Source: a virus. From it: a stretch of 64,000 bases of DNA. The translations under genes were made by a program, and so were the position numbers. The stretch lies in the IMG/VR virus record IMGVR_UViG_3300042516_003202, one strand, 5' to 3'. The notes under the pieces are model-generated. The model did not search any database. It was not told where the DNA came from and saw nothing but the letters and a program-made list of their open reading frames with translations. Shown in pieces: positions 18,901-27,677 of the stretch (its first letter is position 1; each line of letters begins with the position of its first letter).

Positions 18901-21900
18901 TTTTAAGATGCTGGAAAGAATTAACTCACCATTCATCTTAGTTTGTCTATTATTAATAATGATATTTTCGTTGAATGTAACAGGACCATCAAATTGAGAA
19001 AGAATTTGTTTTGATTTTCCACCTTCTACAAGAATTCTTTCTTTAATAATTGCTTCATCAAATACCACACTCAATCTAGAAGGATCTTGTCCAGTAACTG
19101 TTGGGATTGGAATATCAAAAGTTAATTGTTCACCCGAAGATGAAGCATATTTCGTATTTCCAATGAAGAAATCACCATCACTATTCATTCCGGTATAAAG
19201 TGCGGATCCTCCAGATCTTTCTTGTGATTGTGCAAGAAAATCTTCTCTTTCTGTTAAAGTTTTAACTTGAATTTGTGGAAGACCAGTTGAGTAGTTACCA
19301 GGACCATATCCAAGGTATTCAAACGTATGACCAGATGCTCTTAAAATAGATGGTCTTCTAATTTCAATTGGAATTGGAGATATTTTCTTAATTATTGCAC
19401 CTGCATAGTGATTTTCTTTTGCGGTTCCAAAATATCCCCTAATTGCTGTGATTTTATTATTTCCAGATCCAGTTAAAGTGCTACTGGAAACTCTCATAAT
19501 TTCACTATCTATTTGAATATAAGAACCTAATTCAAATCTAGTGGTAGTAGAAATACCAGAATTTCTAACAGTTATTGCAAAAGTTGAAGTTTCTGAAGTA
19601 TCTGTAATAATATTTTCTTCAAGAGTTGCTTGTTCATTTGCATAGAAATGCATTCCTCTTGATCCTACATTTTCCGATCCAGCATCTGATGTTAAATCAT
19701 TAGAATTAAATCCGTGCTTAAGAACTCTAACAGTTCCAGAAAATGTTCTATTTGTTAATGCTGTAAATGTATTGACACCTACAACATCTCTAACTAAATA
19801 ATCTCCAAAATTATTAGATGCTGAGAAAGAATCATTTAAAACTCTAAATTTATTTCCTGCAACTAATCCATGACCGTGTTGGAATGTAAATGTGCATATT
19901 CCAGTAGCACTGGAATACTGAATATTAGATGTTGACGTTGATGGGCCAACATTCATAACATACTGTCCAATAATTATATTTGGATCTCCAGAAGTTTTTG
20001 CAATAGCAATTTGATTCTTGGCAGGAATATCATATACTCTTAATAAATTATCGGATGCAGTTCCAATACCAGTAATTTGTACAGAGTTGTTTCTGCAAAT
20101 AGATATTGATCTTTCAGAAATTGTAATAGATGCACCAGAAAATCCTTCTAAATCTAAGGTTTGACCAGATACATATCCAGATCCACCATCCATAATTTTT
20201 AAGGATGATATTGATCCCGATGAAACTGTTACTTGAGCCGTTGCTCCATTCCAAGATGTATTTGCGTTTAACAATCTAACATTATAATAAGTTCCATTTG
20301 GTAGACCAGATCCTGCAGTTAAAGTGTCATATCCAACAATAGAATTTAATCCGTGCTCAGTATTAAGAGTTATAGTACAAATTCCAGCAGATATGGCAGA
20401 AACGGTATCAATTTTGAAACCTTTACCAAAATCTTTAATGAATGTGTCCATAGCTTCCCTGGTCACACTCTTCTTCAAATCATTTGTTATAACTTCTCCA
20501 AGTGGAGAAACTTTTGCATATGAATATGAGGAACTTGGGTTATCGTCAATATTATCTCTATCTTGTTGAGGATATAAATCAACTACGTTTTGATTATATT
20601 TGTAATCATTGAAATGATTAGGAACAGAAACATCAGATTTTAATACATAAGCATGATATATTCCATCTTGCGCATTAAAGATATATGGTGATATTGTTTC
20701 TACGCGATAGATGTAAAAATTAGATTGTAAATCATTTCTTTCAAATCTAGGCAAATAAATGTCTCTAGTTGTTGGACCAGAGAAGATACCTACATTATGA
20801 TAATTACCGTTATAGTCTGTTCTAGAATAGGTAAATGACTTATTATTAACAATACTTGATACTATAAAATCACCATTAAATCCTGTTAAACCGACTCCTG
20901 TTAAATTAGTTGAAGATTTGACATTTTTTACTAAAACTCTATCACCAACTTTAAGATTATGAGGACGCTCTGAAACTACTGTTACTGAAGAAGAATCAAA
21001 AGAACATGTACTAATAAATCTTGGATTTCTATTATAATCAAAATTATTTGCAGTAATATTTGTCAAATTAAAATCAGAATTGTTTATTTGACCTGTTTTA
21101 CTACTTTCTTGAATTACAAATCCTTCCGAAGGATTTCTTGCATTTGGACACTCTTTAGGTATAGCAATTCTTACTTTATATAATCTTTCGTCCAAACTTC
21201 TGTTGTCTGGATAACGTTTAATATATGTTACATCAGTTCTAGGTTCATCAAATCCAACCACTCCTAAAGACCAAAGGCTTTGGTATATTGTATTATTTGG
21301 TTGTACATGGACAAACCAATTTGAACGATTTGGATCATATTGTATAGGAGATCCTAAATCTCCACTTTCTTTATCAGAAACTCTACTTAAAACTTTAAGT
21401 GAAGATCCTCCATACATTTTAATACCAACACCATTTACAGCGTTAGTAAAAGATGTTGCAACTTTAAGACCAGTTATAAAATTACCACTACCAACACGAA
21501 TTGCATAATATATTTTATTTGGAGTAATATTTTCTGGTAAATCTCCAACATTACTTAAAATAAGAATTTTTTCACCAGTTTGTATTTCATGATTTGTATC
21601 AGTGTACATGGTATCATATAGGGGCGCAGAAGTTATCTGTGCAATTCTATATTCTTTTAATCCTGTGTCAGATCCATCAATATATGTTAAACCAGAACCA
21701 ACTGTGTTGTTGGTCATCAAAATTCTAGCATCTTTTTCAGTGCCATCTGGTAATGTCAGATATAATACATCATCTACTTTTGCTCCAACTCTATATCCTT
21801 GAATTAGACCTGGTGGAACGTTATCTACACTATTAAAACCAAACAAATAAAGGTGACTGGATATGCCAACAGCGGTAGTTAAACCAACATCAATGGAAAT

Positions 21901-23589
21901 CCAATCAACGTTTTGCTCATTAGTTGTAATTGATTTTGGTGTAATTAAAGAAGTTATATAACCATAATTATCTTTAGAGAATGCTTCTTTTTTAAATCCT
22001 TCAGCATTTAGTGAAAATTGACCAAAATTAGAGTTTGAGTTTGTGATTGACTGGTCTCCGCCAGATTGTGCATCAAAATGCTTGTTAAATCCAATCGCAA
22101 AAACAGAAACTACCTGGATGATAGAATCATTTGAACATTTGATGTGAGTAGTTTCCCATCCTCTTCTATAAACGGCATCACTATCTAAGTGATATACTGT
22201 ATCACTATTTGTCGATGATGCTCCAGATGATAAAGAAGAACCGTATACTTTTTCAATAGGTATTCCTGTATACGATCTAGTTACTGGATTGTATTTTACA
22301 AATGCACGATCATCTTTTTGGAGAGAAACTGCAGTGTATTGTGCAACAACCATTGAACGGAATCCAGATGCTTTTGCACCATCCGCGTGCATTCCATTCA
22401 ATCCCCAAACCGATCTTAAAGAGCAGTTGAAAATATAAGGAGATGCTCCTCTAACTGTATCAGTATCAATAGTAACAGTAGCAGATCCTCCAGGATCTGC
22501 AGGAAGATCATTTCTTACTGCTCTAAGAGTATATGTAAACGTAGTTGGTGTTGGAACTGATTGAACTACTGTAGAAACATTATAATCACTTACATTGACC
22601 CCTTTAATCTTAATTGGAGTATCAACTGTGAGATTGTGTGGAACTAATGTGGTTACGGTGACAACAGAGTTTGGAGTTGCACCATCTCCAGAATAGATTG
22701 AAGTAATTTGTACTGGGTCAGTTCCAAATGCACCAACTATTTCCCATTCACTTCTTTCTTTTGCAAAACCTTCAGGTAATAATGGGAATTTTTGTGCTGC
22801 TGGAACTTGACGAGTTGATCCTTCATTAAAGGCATTTGATAATTTGGCATAATACATGTCCAAATCAGTTAGTTCATAATTATTTGGAACATTTACACCA
22901 TCTACATATTCAAATACTGTTAATTTATGGTGTGAAAATGTAGGAATTGCTTGGTTGCCTGATCCAAGATCAAAAATAGAATTATCTGTATATACTAATT
23001 GATTTTGATCTGCATCAAATAAGGAAAAATTCCAGAAAAAACAATTACCAGTAATTCTGAAAAATGAAGATGAAGGGACGTTATTATCAGTTGGATTTGG
23101 AACATATTTTGGTCTTATTTTTGTCTTTCTTAAATCCAATCCAATTAGTGATGTTCCTCTTGGCAGAATAACTCCACCATTTATACTATTAAATTTGTAT
23201 AGAATATTATCTTCTTGAGTTAAATCAAAATTACTCTGTAAATTTAAATTAAATACATCAGATGCTGGAGTCGTAACTGTACCTGATGGTGATACTGCTT
23301 GGGCAAGAGCGGTGCCAACTTTACGAATTCCAAAACCAGGTCTGTTATCAATAAGATGTTCCCCTGGATATACTAAGATAGTGGTTCTGTCATTCCTATC
23401 ATTATTTTCTCCAGGAACAAAAGAAAATCTTGCTGCTTCTAAAAGAGCTCTTTGAATAGTTTTAAATGGTTTAGTAAGAGAATTACCTTGATTGGTAATG
23501 CTATCTGTTGCATCTAAATCGTTTGAATTTACATATAGAATTCTACCTTCATAATTCTTGATAAAATTCTCTAACTTATTAAGAGGCAT
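16000..23589 (-). CDS. giant tail fibre/virion structural protein with C-terminal peptidase S74 chaperone
   Basis: 2529 aa; cyanophage-type N-terminus MPLNKLENFIKN...PFKTIQRAL; C-terminal SDERLKTNI...GVSAQ...VKYEKIVPLLIEAIKEL. Confidence 0.85.
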   Translation of the reverse strand: MPLNKLENFIKNYEGRILYVNSNDLDATDSITNQGNSLTKPFKTIQRALLEAARFSFVPGENNDRNDRTTILVYPGEHLIDNRPGFGIRKVGTALAQAVSPSGTVTTPASDVFNLNLQSNFDLTQEDNILYKFNSINGGVILPRGTSLIGLDLRKTKIRPKYVPNPTDNNVPSSSFFRITGNCFFWNFSLFDADQNQLVYTDNSIFDLGSGNQAIPTFSHHKLTVFEYVDGVNVPNNYELTDLDMYYAKLSNAFNEGSTRQVPAAQKFPLLPEGFAKERSEWEIVGAFGTDPVQITSIYSGDGATPNSVVTVTTLVPHNLTVDTPIKIKGVNVSDYNVSTVVQSVPTPTTFTYTLRAVRNDLPADPGGSATVTIDTDTVRGASPYIFNCSLRSVWGLNGMHADGAKASGFRSMVVAQYTAVSLQKDDRAFVKYNPVTRSYTGIPIEKVYGSSLSSGASSTNSDTVYHLDSDAVYRRGWETTHIKCSNDSIIQVVSVFAIGFNKHFDAQSGGDQSITNSNSNFGQFSLNAEGFKKEAFSKDNYGYITSLITPKSITTNEQNVDWISIDVGLTTAVGISSHLYLFGFNSVDNVPPGLIQGYRVGAKVDDVLYLTLPDGTEKDARILMTNNTVGSGLTYIDGSDTGLKEYRIAQITSAPLYDTMYTDTNHEIQTGEKILILSNVGDLPENITPNKIYYAIRVGSGNFITGLKVATSFTNAVNGVGIKMYGGSSLKVLSRVSDKESGDLGSPIQYDPNRSNWFVHVQPNNTIYQSLWSLGVVGFDEPRTDVTYIKRYPDNRSLDERLYKVRIAIPKECPNARNPSEGFVIQESSKTGQINNSDFNLTNITANNFDYNRNPRFISTCSFDSSSVTVVSERPHNLKVGDRVLVKNVKSSTNLTGVGLTGFNGDFIVSSIVNNKSFTYSRTDYNGNYHNVGIFSGPTTRDIYLPRFERNDLQSNFYIYRVETISPYIFNAQDGIYHAYVLKSDVSVPNHFNDYKYNQNVVDLYPQQDRDNIDDNPSSSYSYAKVSPLGEVITNDLKKSVTREAMDTFIKDFGKGFKIDTVSAISAGICTITLNTEHGLNSIVGYDTLTAGSGLPNGTYYNVRLLNANTSWNGATAQVTVSSGSISSLKIMDGGSGYVSGQTLDLEGFSGASITISERSISICRNNSVQITGIGTASDNLLRVYDIPAKNQIAIAKTSGDPNIIIGQYVMNVGPSTSTSNIQYSSATGICTFTFQHGHGLVAGNKFRVLNDSFSASNNFGDYLVRDVVGVNTFTALTNRTFSGTVRVLKHGFNSNDLTSDAGSENVGSRGMHFYANEQATLEENIITDTSETSTFAITVRNSGISTTTRFELGSYIQIDSEIMRVSSSTLTGSGNNKITAIRGYFGTAKENHYAGAIIKKISPIPIEIRRPSILRASGHTFEYLGYGPGNYSTGLPQIQVKTLTEREDFLAQSQERSGGSALYTGMNSDGDFFIGNTKYASSSGEQLTFDIPIPTVTGQDPSRLSVVFDEAIIKERILVEGGKSKQILSQFDGPVTFNENIIINNRQTKMNGELILSSILKLNNTTDSTSTTTGSVIARGGFGIAKNVNIGGNVSISGTATFNGQVQFNTGLVPDSIEDAYIGSAERPWASGWFGGIGIATEGTPGGTEIQDRTINSWTGDLILKTQTASTNVIVDDHLIVNQALTINGQTNLLGITTVVTGLLPDENEGAYIGSLDKSFSEAYIDEIRIGASGGGEIDTRSGNLTLDSSAGTVVVDDDLDINNNLNVDGTTYLTGETTLQSNLVPHTTTSSLNSTIGTSSKKFSAAYIDEIKIAVIGERTIDTASGSLVLDSSAGTVIVDDDLDVNNNLNVDGTTYLTGETAIQSNLVPHTTTTSSNSTIGSSTKKFSAAYIDEIRIGATAATTIDTASGDLVLDSNTNNVRVAANIDIDFNANVDGDLTVAGLLDINGGAIIKNIRIGVSDDNTIDTASTQLRLISGVDEVYIYDSLKVKDAATFESNLTVNAITNLKGDIVLGDSSLDTATFNAVIDSVSGGSLKNVRIGVTGTNVIDTKNSTSLILDSASGTVNVQDNLDVDGTLNSDGATTLGSTLSVTGQTTLTGLLDANGGATIDDVRIGVAADNKIDTSSGNLLLDSTSGTVNVQDNLDVDGTLNVDGTSYLKGVTTVESDILPYASLGTKLGSSTRPFAEAFIGYIRIADDTQDNRITTYNSQNLILDSSTNLVRIESALDVTGTTTVYDSSIILRGDSQKLSIRRADNTEKAYIQTTDGAIYTTGNLTVLGTTTIANLAVSGTLAISNTTESSSTSTGALTVSGGLGVAKNLYVGGNLNLAGAVVLASTLNVSGRITASGGVTGNLTGNVTGNVTGNADTATKLYVNSSSDSGTYRIALTETTNGGNKSFYSDSGLYFDASSNELSVTGDIVAFASDERLKTNIKPLENALEKVLSLSGFTYNFNEIGATLGFSTETTHVGVSAQQIQAVLPEAVSPAPANNDYLTVKYEKIVPLLIEAIKELADKVEKLEQKLSDK
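16001..16007 (-). promoter_or_regulatory. T4-type late promoter
   Basis: ATAAATA about 19 nt upstream of the ATG at 15982. Confidence 0.65.
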
Positions 23590-23621
23590 CGGATTATATG
23601 AACCAAAATATTTCTATGTTT

Positions 23622-23628
23622 TATTTAG
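23622..23628 (-). promoter_or_regulatory. T4-type late promoter
   Basis: CTAAATA upstream of the 2529-aa gene. Confidence 0.6.
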
Positions 23629-23930
23629 TTCAGTAAATCCTCTTCGTCAAAAATATAATAATCATCGTCTGGCATATCTTCAGGGTTTTCTAACTCAATC
23701 GGAAACAAGCATGGATGACATTCTTCATCAATTAAATAAAATGAAGAATAGTATAAATCTTCTGGTTCAAATGTACGATTTTTATCTGCTTCTCTACAAA
23801 GATCTTGATCATACAAATGACCATCTGGTAATTCATCAAACGTAAAAGGTACGTGGTTGATAAAATACATCTTCACAATCATACTACCATTATTATACCA
23901 GCAGTATGCGTGATCAATACGATAAGACAT
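23625..23930 (-). CDS. conserved cyanomyovirus hypothetical protein
   Basis: 101 aa, YCWY...KMYFI..VPFTFDEL; ATAAATA at 23952-23958. Confidence 0.75.
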   Translation of the reverse strand: MSYRIDHAYCWYNNGSMIVKMYFINHVPFTFDELPDGHLYDQDLCREADKNRTFEPEDLYYSSFYLIDEECHPCLFPIELENPEDMPDDDYYIFDEEDLLN

Positions 23931-23962
23931 AGGATTTACTCCCGTATCTTATATTTATTTTA

Positions 23963-24035
23963 TGCTCCTTGCGTGGATCGAACACGCCTCAGGCGAATTA
24001 TGAGTTCGCTGCATTCACCAGATTGCTAAAGGAGC
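23963..24035 (-). tRNA. tRNA with CAU anticodon (probably Ile2/lysidine type; elongator Met not excluded)
   Basis: GCTCCTT/AAGGAGC acceptor, GCGAA-CTCATAA-TTCGC anticodon arm, TTCGATC T-loop; no initiator features; no encoded CCA. Confidence 0.9.
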
Positions 24036-24037
24036 GA

Positions 24038-24109
24038 TGGGAATACTGGGAGTTGAACCCAGACTAAGCCCTTATAAGGAGCCCGCTCTAACCATTAAGC
24101 TATACTCCC
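24038..24109 (-). tRNA. tRNA-Ile(UAU)
   Basis: GGGAGTA/TATTCCC acceptor, GGCTC-CTTATAA-GGGCT anticodon arm, TTCAACT T-loop; 2 nt upstream of the CAU tRNA. Confidence 0.9.
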
Positions 24110-24123
24110 ATAAACCCAGATCC

Positions 24124-24152
24124 ATTATAGAGGATCTGGAACTTTTTGTCAA
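24124..24152 (-). promoter_or_regulatory. consensus sigma70 promoter for the tRNA pair
   Basis: TTGACA-N17-TATAAT; the -10 lies in the loop of a CCAGATCC/GGATCTGG inverted repeat. Confidence 0.85.
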
Positions 24153-24340
24153 CTAGCTTCTTCGTGTTCTGTATGGATTCTTGTTAGATCATCTTTTTCT
24201 TCTGAATAATCATAAATTTTATACTTCATGAGAAGAACATTTCCAGATTTACCTTCTATGAGGAATTGATAACCTTTTTCAACTTGTTCCATAACGGAAT
24301 CAAAGTCTTTTTGCAGTTCTTCTACCGTGATAATCTTCAT
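24149..24340 (-). CDS. Phd/YefM antitoxin-like small protein
   Basis: MKIITVEELQKDFDSVMEQVEKG-FLI matches the Phd N-terminal beta-alpha-beta pattern. Confidence 0.5.
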   Translation of the reverse strand: MKIITVEELQKDFDSVMEQVEKGYQFLIEGKSGNVLLMKYKIYDYSEEKDDLTRIHTEHEEAS

Positions 24341-24343
24341 GTC

Positions 24344-24535
24344 TTAAAAAGGATTAGAGTACACAAGAGTTTCTTCATCGACTTGAGTGCGAACTACTTC
24401 CAGAACATTCATGAATTGCTCAACAGTTTCACACTCTACAATTTTTTCACCACCTTCACTCGAGTAAAGATAAAATTTACGGGCAAGAGTATCAACAACA
24501 CAACGTGTCAGATATTCTTCAGTGTTAGAAGGCAT
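24344..24535 (-). CDS. conserved small hypothetical protein
   Basis: 63 aa directly downstream of a consensus promoter. Confidence 0.75.
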   Translation of the reverse strand: MPSNTEEYLTRCVVDTLARKFYLYSSEGGEKIVECETVEQFMNVLEVVRTQVDEETLVYSNPF

Positions 24536-24561
24536 TCGGGATTTGTTTTGATTACCTATGT

Positions 24562-24606
24562 ATTATATGGGGATTTTGGGAGAATGTCAACCCTCCTGTG
24601 CCAGTT
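24562..24606 (-). promoter_or_regulatory. consensus sigma70 promoter with upstream AACTGGCAC motif
   Basis: AACTGGCAC-aggaggg-TTGACA-N17-TATAAT; motif 30 nt upstream of the -10. Confidence 0.85.
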
Positions 24607-24615
24607 TTGAGAGTG

Positions 24616-26277
24616 TCACACAAATCTATCCACATGCGCTTCATAATTTTGTTTTACTTCTGTATTTGATAGAGCTTTGGAATAAAATCTAACAGCAGAA
24701 ATTTTTCCTGGAAAATATTGGCGAATGTATGTGGAAGTGCAAAATCCTATTCTCATTGATGCAGATGAAGACAATACTGATAAGTCGGAAATATTTGAAG
24801 AATTTTCCATAATGCCATTTATGTATATTTTATTATCTTTTCCAACTTCTCTAACAAATGCAACATGATACCATGTGTTAATTGAAAGGTTTGATGTATT
24901 TTCTAAACTTCCATTTCCCCTAGAACCAGAATTAACTCTAATACCACTTGGTTTATATACTTGTAATCCAATTCCTCTAGTTGAACTAATTCCAATTATA
25001 CTTGCGCCGCCAGTATCTATGTTTGAAGTTAAGTTAGTATCATCTGTAATTTTAAACCATGCTTCTAAAGAATAAGAAACATCTCCAGAAGAAATTCCTG
25101 ATCCATCACCGTCAATATAAGATTTATTAAATTCTAAGTACTTATTAGTAGATCCATATTGATTAAACCAAATAGAAGACCCATCTGATCTATCAAAGGT
25201 TGGACTATTTGCTGGCGCAGTTGCATATACACCATCATCAGATAAATTTGATAATGATAATACTTGATTTATTCCTGTTGTATTTTCTATAGAAGTTGAT
25301 ATTCCATAAGTTTTATCGGCATCAGAATATATAACAAGTTTATCGATTACAATTGGATCGACAAAAGTAGAAAGATTTGATATAGATTTTTTTAATTTTT
25401 TCTTTCTAGAGTCTAACGCTTTTTTTATATCTTTATCGCCCCAGATTTGTATTTCTTCTTGAGTTTTATCCTCTTTTATCACATTAACAACTGATAAATA
25501 TTTTTCTCTCAATTTTCTTAGGTTTGGAATTCCTTGTACAACCTGAGAAATTGAAGACGCATATCCAGCACAAGTTGGACTTGAAATTAATATTGGTACA
25601 GTTCCTGCAAATCCAACTGTATATGGATTTATTATTTTATATACTCCAAGTGAATCACCATCATTATTTTCAATAGTATTTTCAAACCCATTACCAAATC
25701 TTGCTGGAGTCAACCTATTTTGAGATTCTTCAAAAACATTATCATCTCTCAATTCTTCCATATTTTCATATCTTTTTATTTTAACCAAATCTTCAAAAAT
25801 TTCTTCACCTCTACCAACACCAATATTATCAATTTTAAGAACTGGTAACTTTTTTGGTATAATTGCAAATCCAGTTGTAGGATTTATTGCTGGTACATAA
25901 GAAGGAGATGTAGAACATCCATATCCAACCGCAGTATTAACTATAGTAATTATTTGTTGTTTTATAGAATTAATCTGCACATTATAATCATACATTTGAT
26001 TATCATATGGCTTCGCTAATTTTTTATAGTCATCAACATTTCTTTCTTGTTTATCATAATCTATTTGTTGAAGTTCAAGAGGTGTTTTAATTGAATCTAC
26101 TAATTCTACAGGATTATCTGACCAAGTTCCATCTGGATTTTGAGATACATTTCTAGTTCTAATAGTCTTTGGAGTTTTTCCTATTTCACTAGGTTCAGAC
26201 CCAAAAGAATTAGCAGCATCTAATTGCTCCGTTAAATTTTGAGTTATTTTGAATGCAAAAAATTCTTGAGTTGACAT
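24616..26277 (-). CDS. virion-associated protein with C-terminal LamG/ConA-like domain
   Basis: YSLEAWFK...TWYHVAFV...KIYING...FPGKISAVRFYSKALS. Confidence 0.8.
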   Translation of the reverse strand: MSTQEFFAFKITQNLTEQLDAANSFGSEPSEIGKTPKTIRTRNVSQNPDGTWSDNPVELVDSIKTPLELQQIDYDKQERNVDDYKKLAKPYDNQMYDYNVQINSIKQQIITIVNTAVGYGCSTSPSYVPAINPTTGFAIIPKKLPVLKIDNIGVGRGEEIFEDLVKIKRYENMEELRDDNVFEESQNRLTPARFGNGFENTIENNDGDSLGVYKIINPYTVGFAGTVPILISSPTCAGYASSISQVVQGIPNLRKLREKYLSVVNVIKEDKTQEEIQIWGDKDIKKALDSRKKKLKKSISNLSTFVDPIVIDKLVIYSDADKTYGISTSIENTTGINQVLSLSNLSDDGVYATAPANSPTFDRSDGSSIWFNQYGSTNKYLEFNKSYIDGDGSGISSGDVSYSLEAWFKITDDTNLTSNIDTGGASIIGISSTRGIGLQVYKPSGIRVNSGSRGNGSLENTSNLSINTWYHVAFVREVGKDNKIYINGIMENSSNISDLSVLSSSASMRIGFCTSTYIRQYFPGKISAVRFYSKALSNTEVKQNYEAHVDRFV

Positions 26278-26328
26278 GTTAAATTTTTATCAATTAATTC
26301 TTAGTTTTATATTGTGCATTTAAAAAAA

Positions 26329-26682
26329 TCAAGTACTTAAATTTTGAATTTGTAATTTTAGATCATCAATAATTTGTTGTTGTTCTTTTACTGCTGCAAT
26401 TAACAGAACAACCAATCTATCATATTTAACTGCATAATAATCATTATTTACGGGCAATTTACCTACAGATTCTGGAGCAACTTCGAGCAATTCTTGGGCT
26501 GAAAGACCAAGATGCTTCTCTTCAATAGATCTAAATCCAATAGACTCTGCGACAGTATTTAAATTATATGTAAATGTGCTTAAAGATTTAACTTTATCTA
26601 AAGCATTAGTAATTGGTTCAATATTAGTTTTTAGCCTCATGTCAGAAGCTGTTAATTCATCTTCGTGATTTTTAAATTCCAT
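26329..26682 (-). CDS. stand-alone peptidase S74 intramolecular-chaperone domain
   Basis: SDMRLKTNIEPITNALDKV...GLSAQ...VKYDRL...AAVKEQ; in-frame TAG 7 codons upstream of the ATG. Confidence 0.85.
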   Translation of the reverse strand: MEFKNHEDELTASDMRLKTNIEPITNALDKVKSLSTFTYNLNTVAESIGFRSIEEKHLGLSAQELLEVAPESVGKLPVNNDYYAVKYDRLVVLLIAAVKEQQQIIDDLKLQIQNLST

Positions 26683-26731
26683 AATTTTGAATCTAATTTT
26701 CTATATTCTTATATAGTAAAGATATTGTGTT

Positions 26732-27673
26732 TTAATTTTTAGTTATAGTCAAATATCCATGTCCTCGGTTATATCCAATTACTGTGATTGCTGATTGAGA
26801 GTAACTTCCGCCGCCGCCGCCAGTATTAGTATTACTGTTTTGATTACTTCCACCTCCACCAGAATATCCTCCTCCTCCTCCACCACCACCAGTGTTTCCA
26901 TGAGTTCCCGCACCACCACCAAAACCACCAAAAGCAGATGTTGCGGTGTTCCCTCCCGTTCCACCTGCTGCAAAAGAAAGACCTAATCCACTATAACCAT
27001 ATGATCCAGCTTGCCCTGCTGCAGTTCCATTTCCATATAATCCACCACCACCTCCACCCCATCCATTAGATGATCCAGTTCCACCATTTCCGTTAGAACC
27101 ACCAGTTCCAGTAAAATCTGAATAACTAGAACCACCAGTTGTTCCAGATAATCCATCAGAATATGCACCATATATTGCCGAATCAAATGAAGCAAAACTA
27201 TACGTTGCTCCTCCTCCACCTCCAGCAATTATAACTGGAGTGTTAAAAAATTCTGTCATAAAAGTTCCCCCACCACCGCCACCAGATCCTGTACTAAAAA
27301 CAACTCCTTTTTGACCAACAAGTATTTTATACAACATTCCTTTAGTTAAAGTCACTACAGACTCAATAATAATTCCTCTAGAATAATTTGCATAATAACC
27401 ATCTTGACCAGCGGCACCTGCAGCACGAATTGTATAACTACCTGTTGTTGGGGCATACCAATACTGAATTCCAGAACTTACTGAAAAATAAGTTGAGTAC
27501 CAAGGTTGCGAGGTATAACTTGAAACTGATGCAAATGAAGTTGGACCAAATCTTCCAGTTGCTCCTCCATTTGTGAATGTAAAGGATGTGAAAGAAAATA
27601 AATCTCCCACTTGATCCATATATGGAGAATAATATGTATTTGGACCAAGTAAAGTTTGTTGAATTGTAGTCAT
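26732..27673 (-). CDS. glycine-rich tail adhesin-like protein
   Basis: AAGAAG...GGGGGGTF...IAGGGGG...GFGGGAG...GGGGGGYSGG...GGGGS; FSFTSFTFTNGGATG N-domain. Confidence 0.75.
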   Translation of the reverse strand: MTTIQQTLLGPNTYYSPYMDQVGDLFSFTSFTFTNGGATGRFGPTSFASVSSYTSQPWYSTYFSVSSGIQYWYAPTTGSYTIRAAGAAGQDGYYANYSRGIIIESVVTLTKGMLYKILVGQKGVVFSTGSGGGGGGTFMTEFFNTPVIIAGGGGGATYSFASFDSAIYGAYSDGLSGTTGGSSYSDFTGTGGSNGNGGTGSSNGWGGGGGGLYGNGTAAGQAGSYGYSGLGLSFAAGGTGGNTATSAFGGFGGGAGTHGNTGGGGGGGGYSGGGGSNQNSNTNTGGGGGSYSQSAITVIGYNRGHGYLTITKN

Positions 27674-27677
27674 AATA

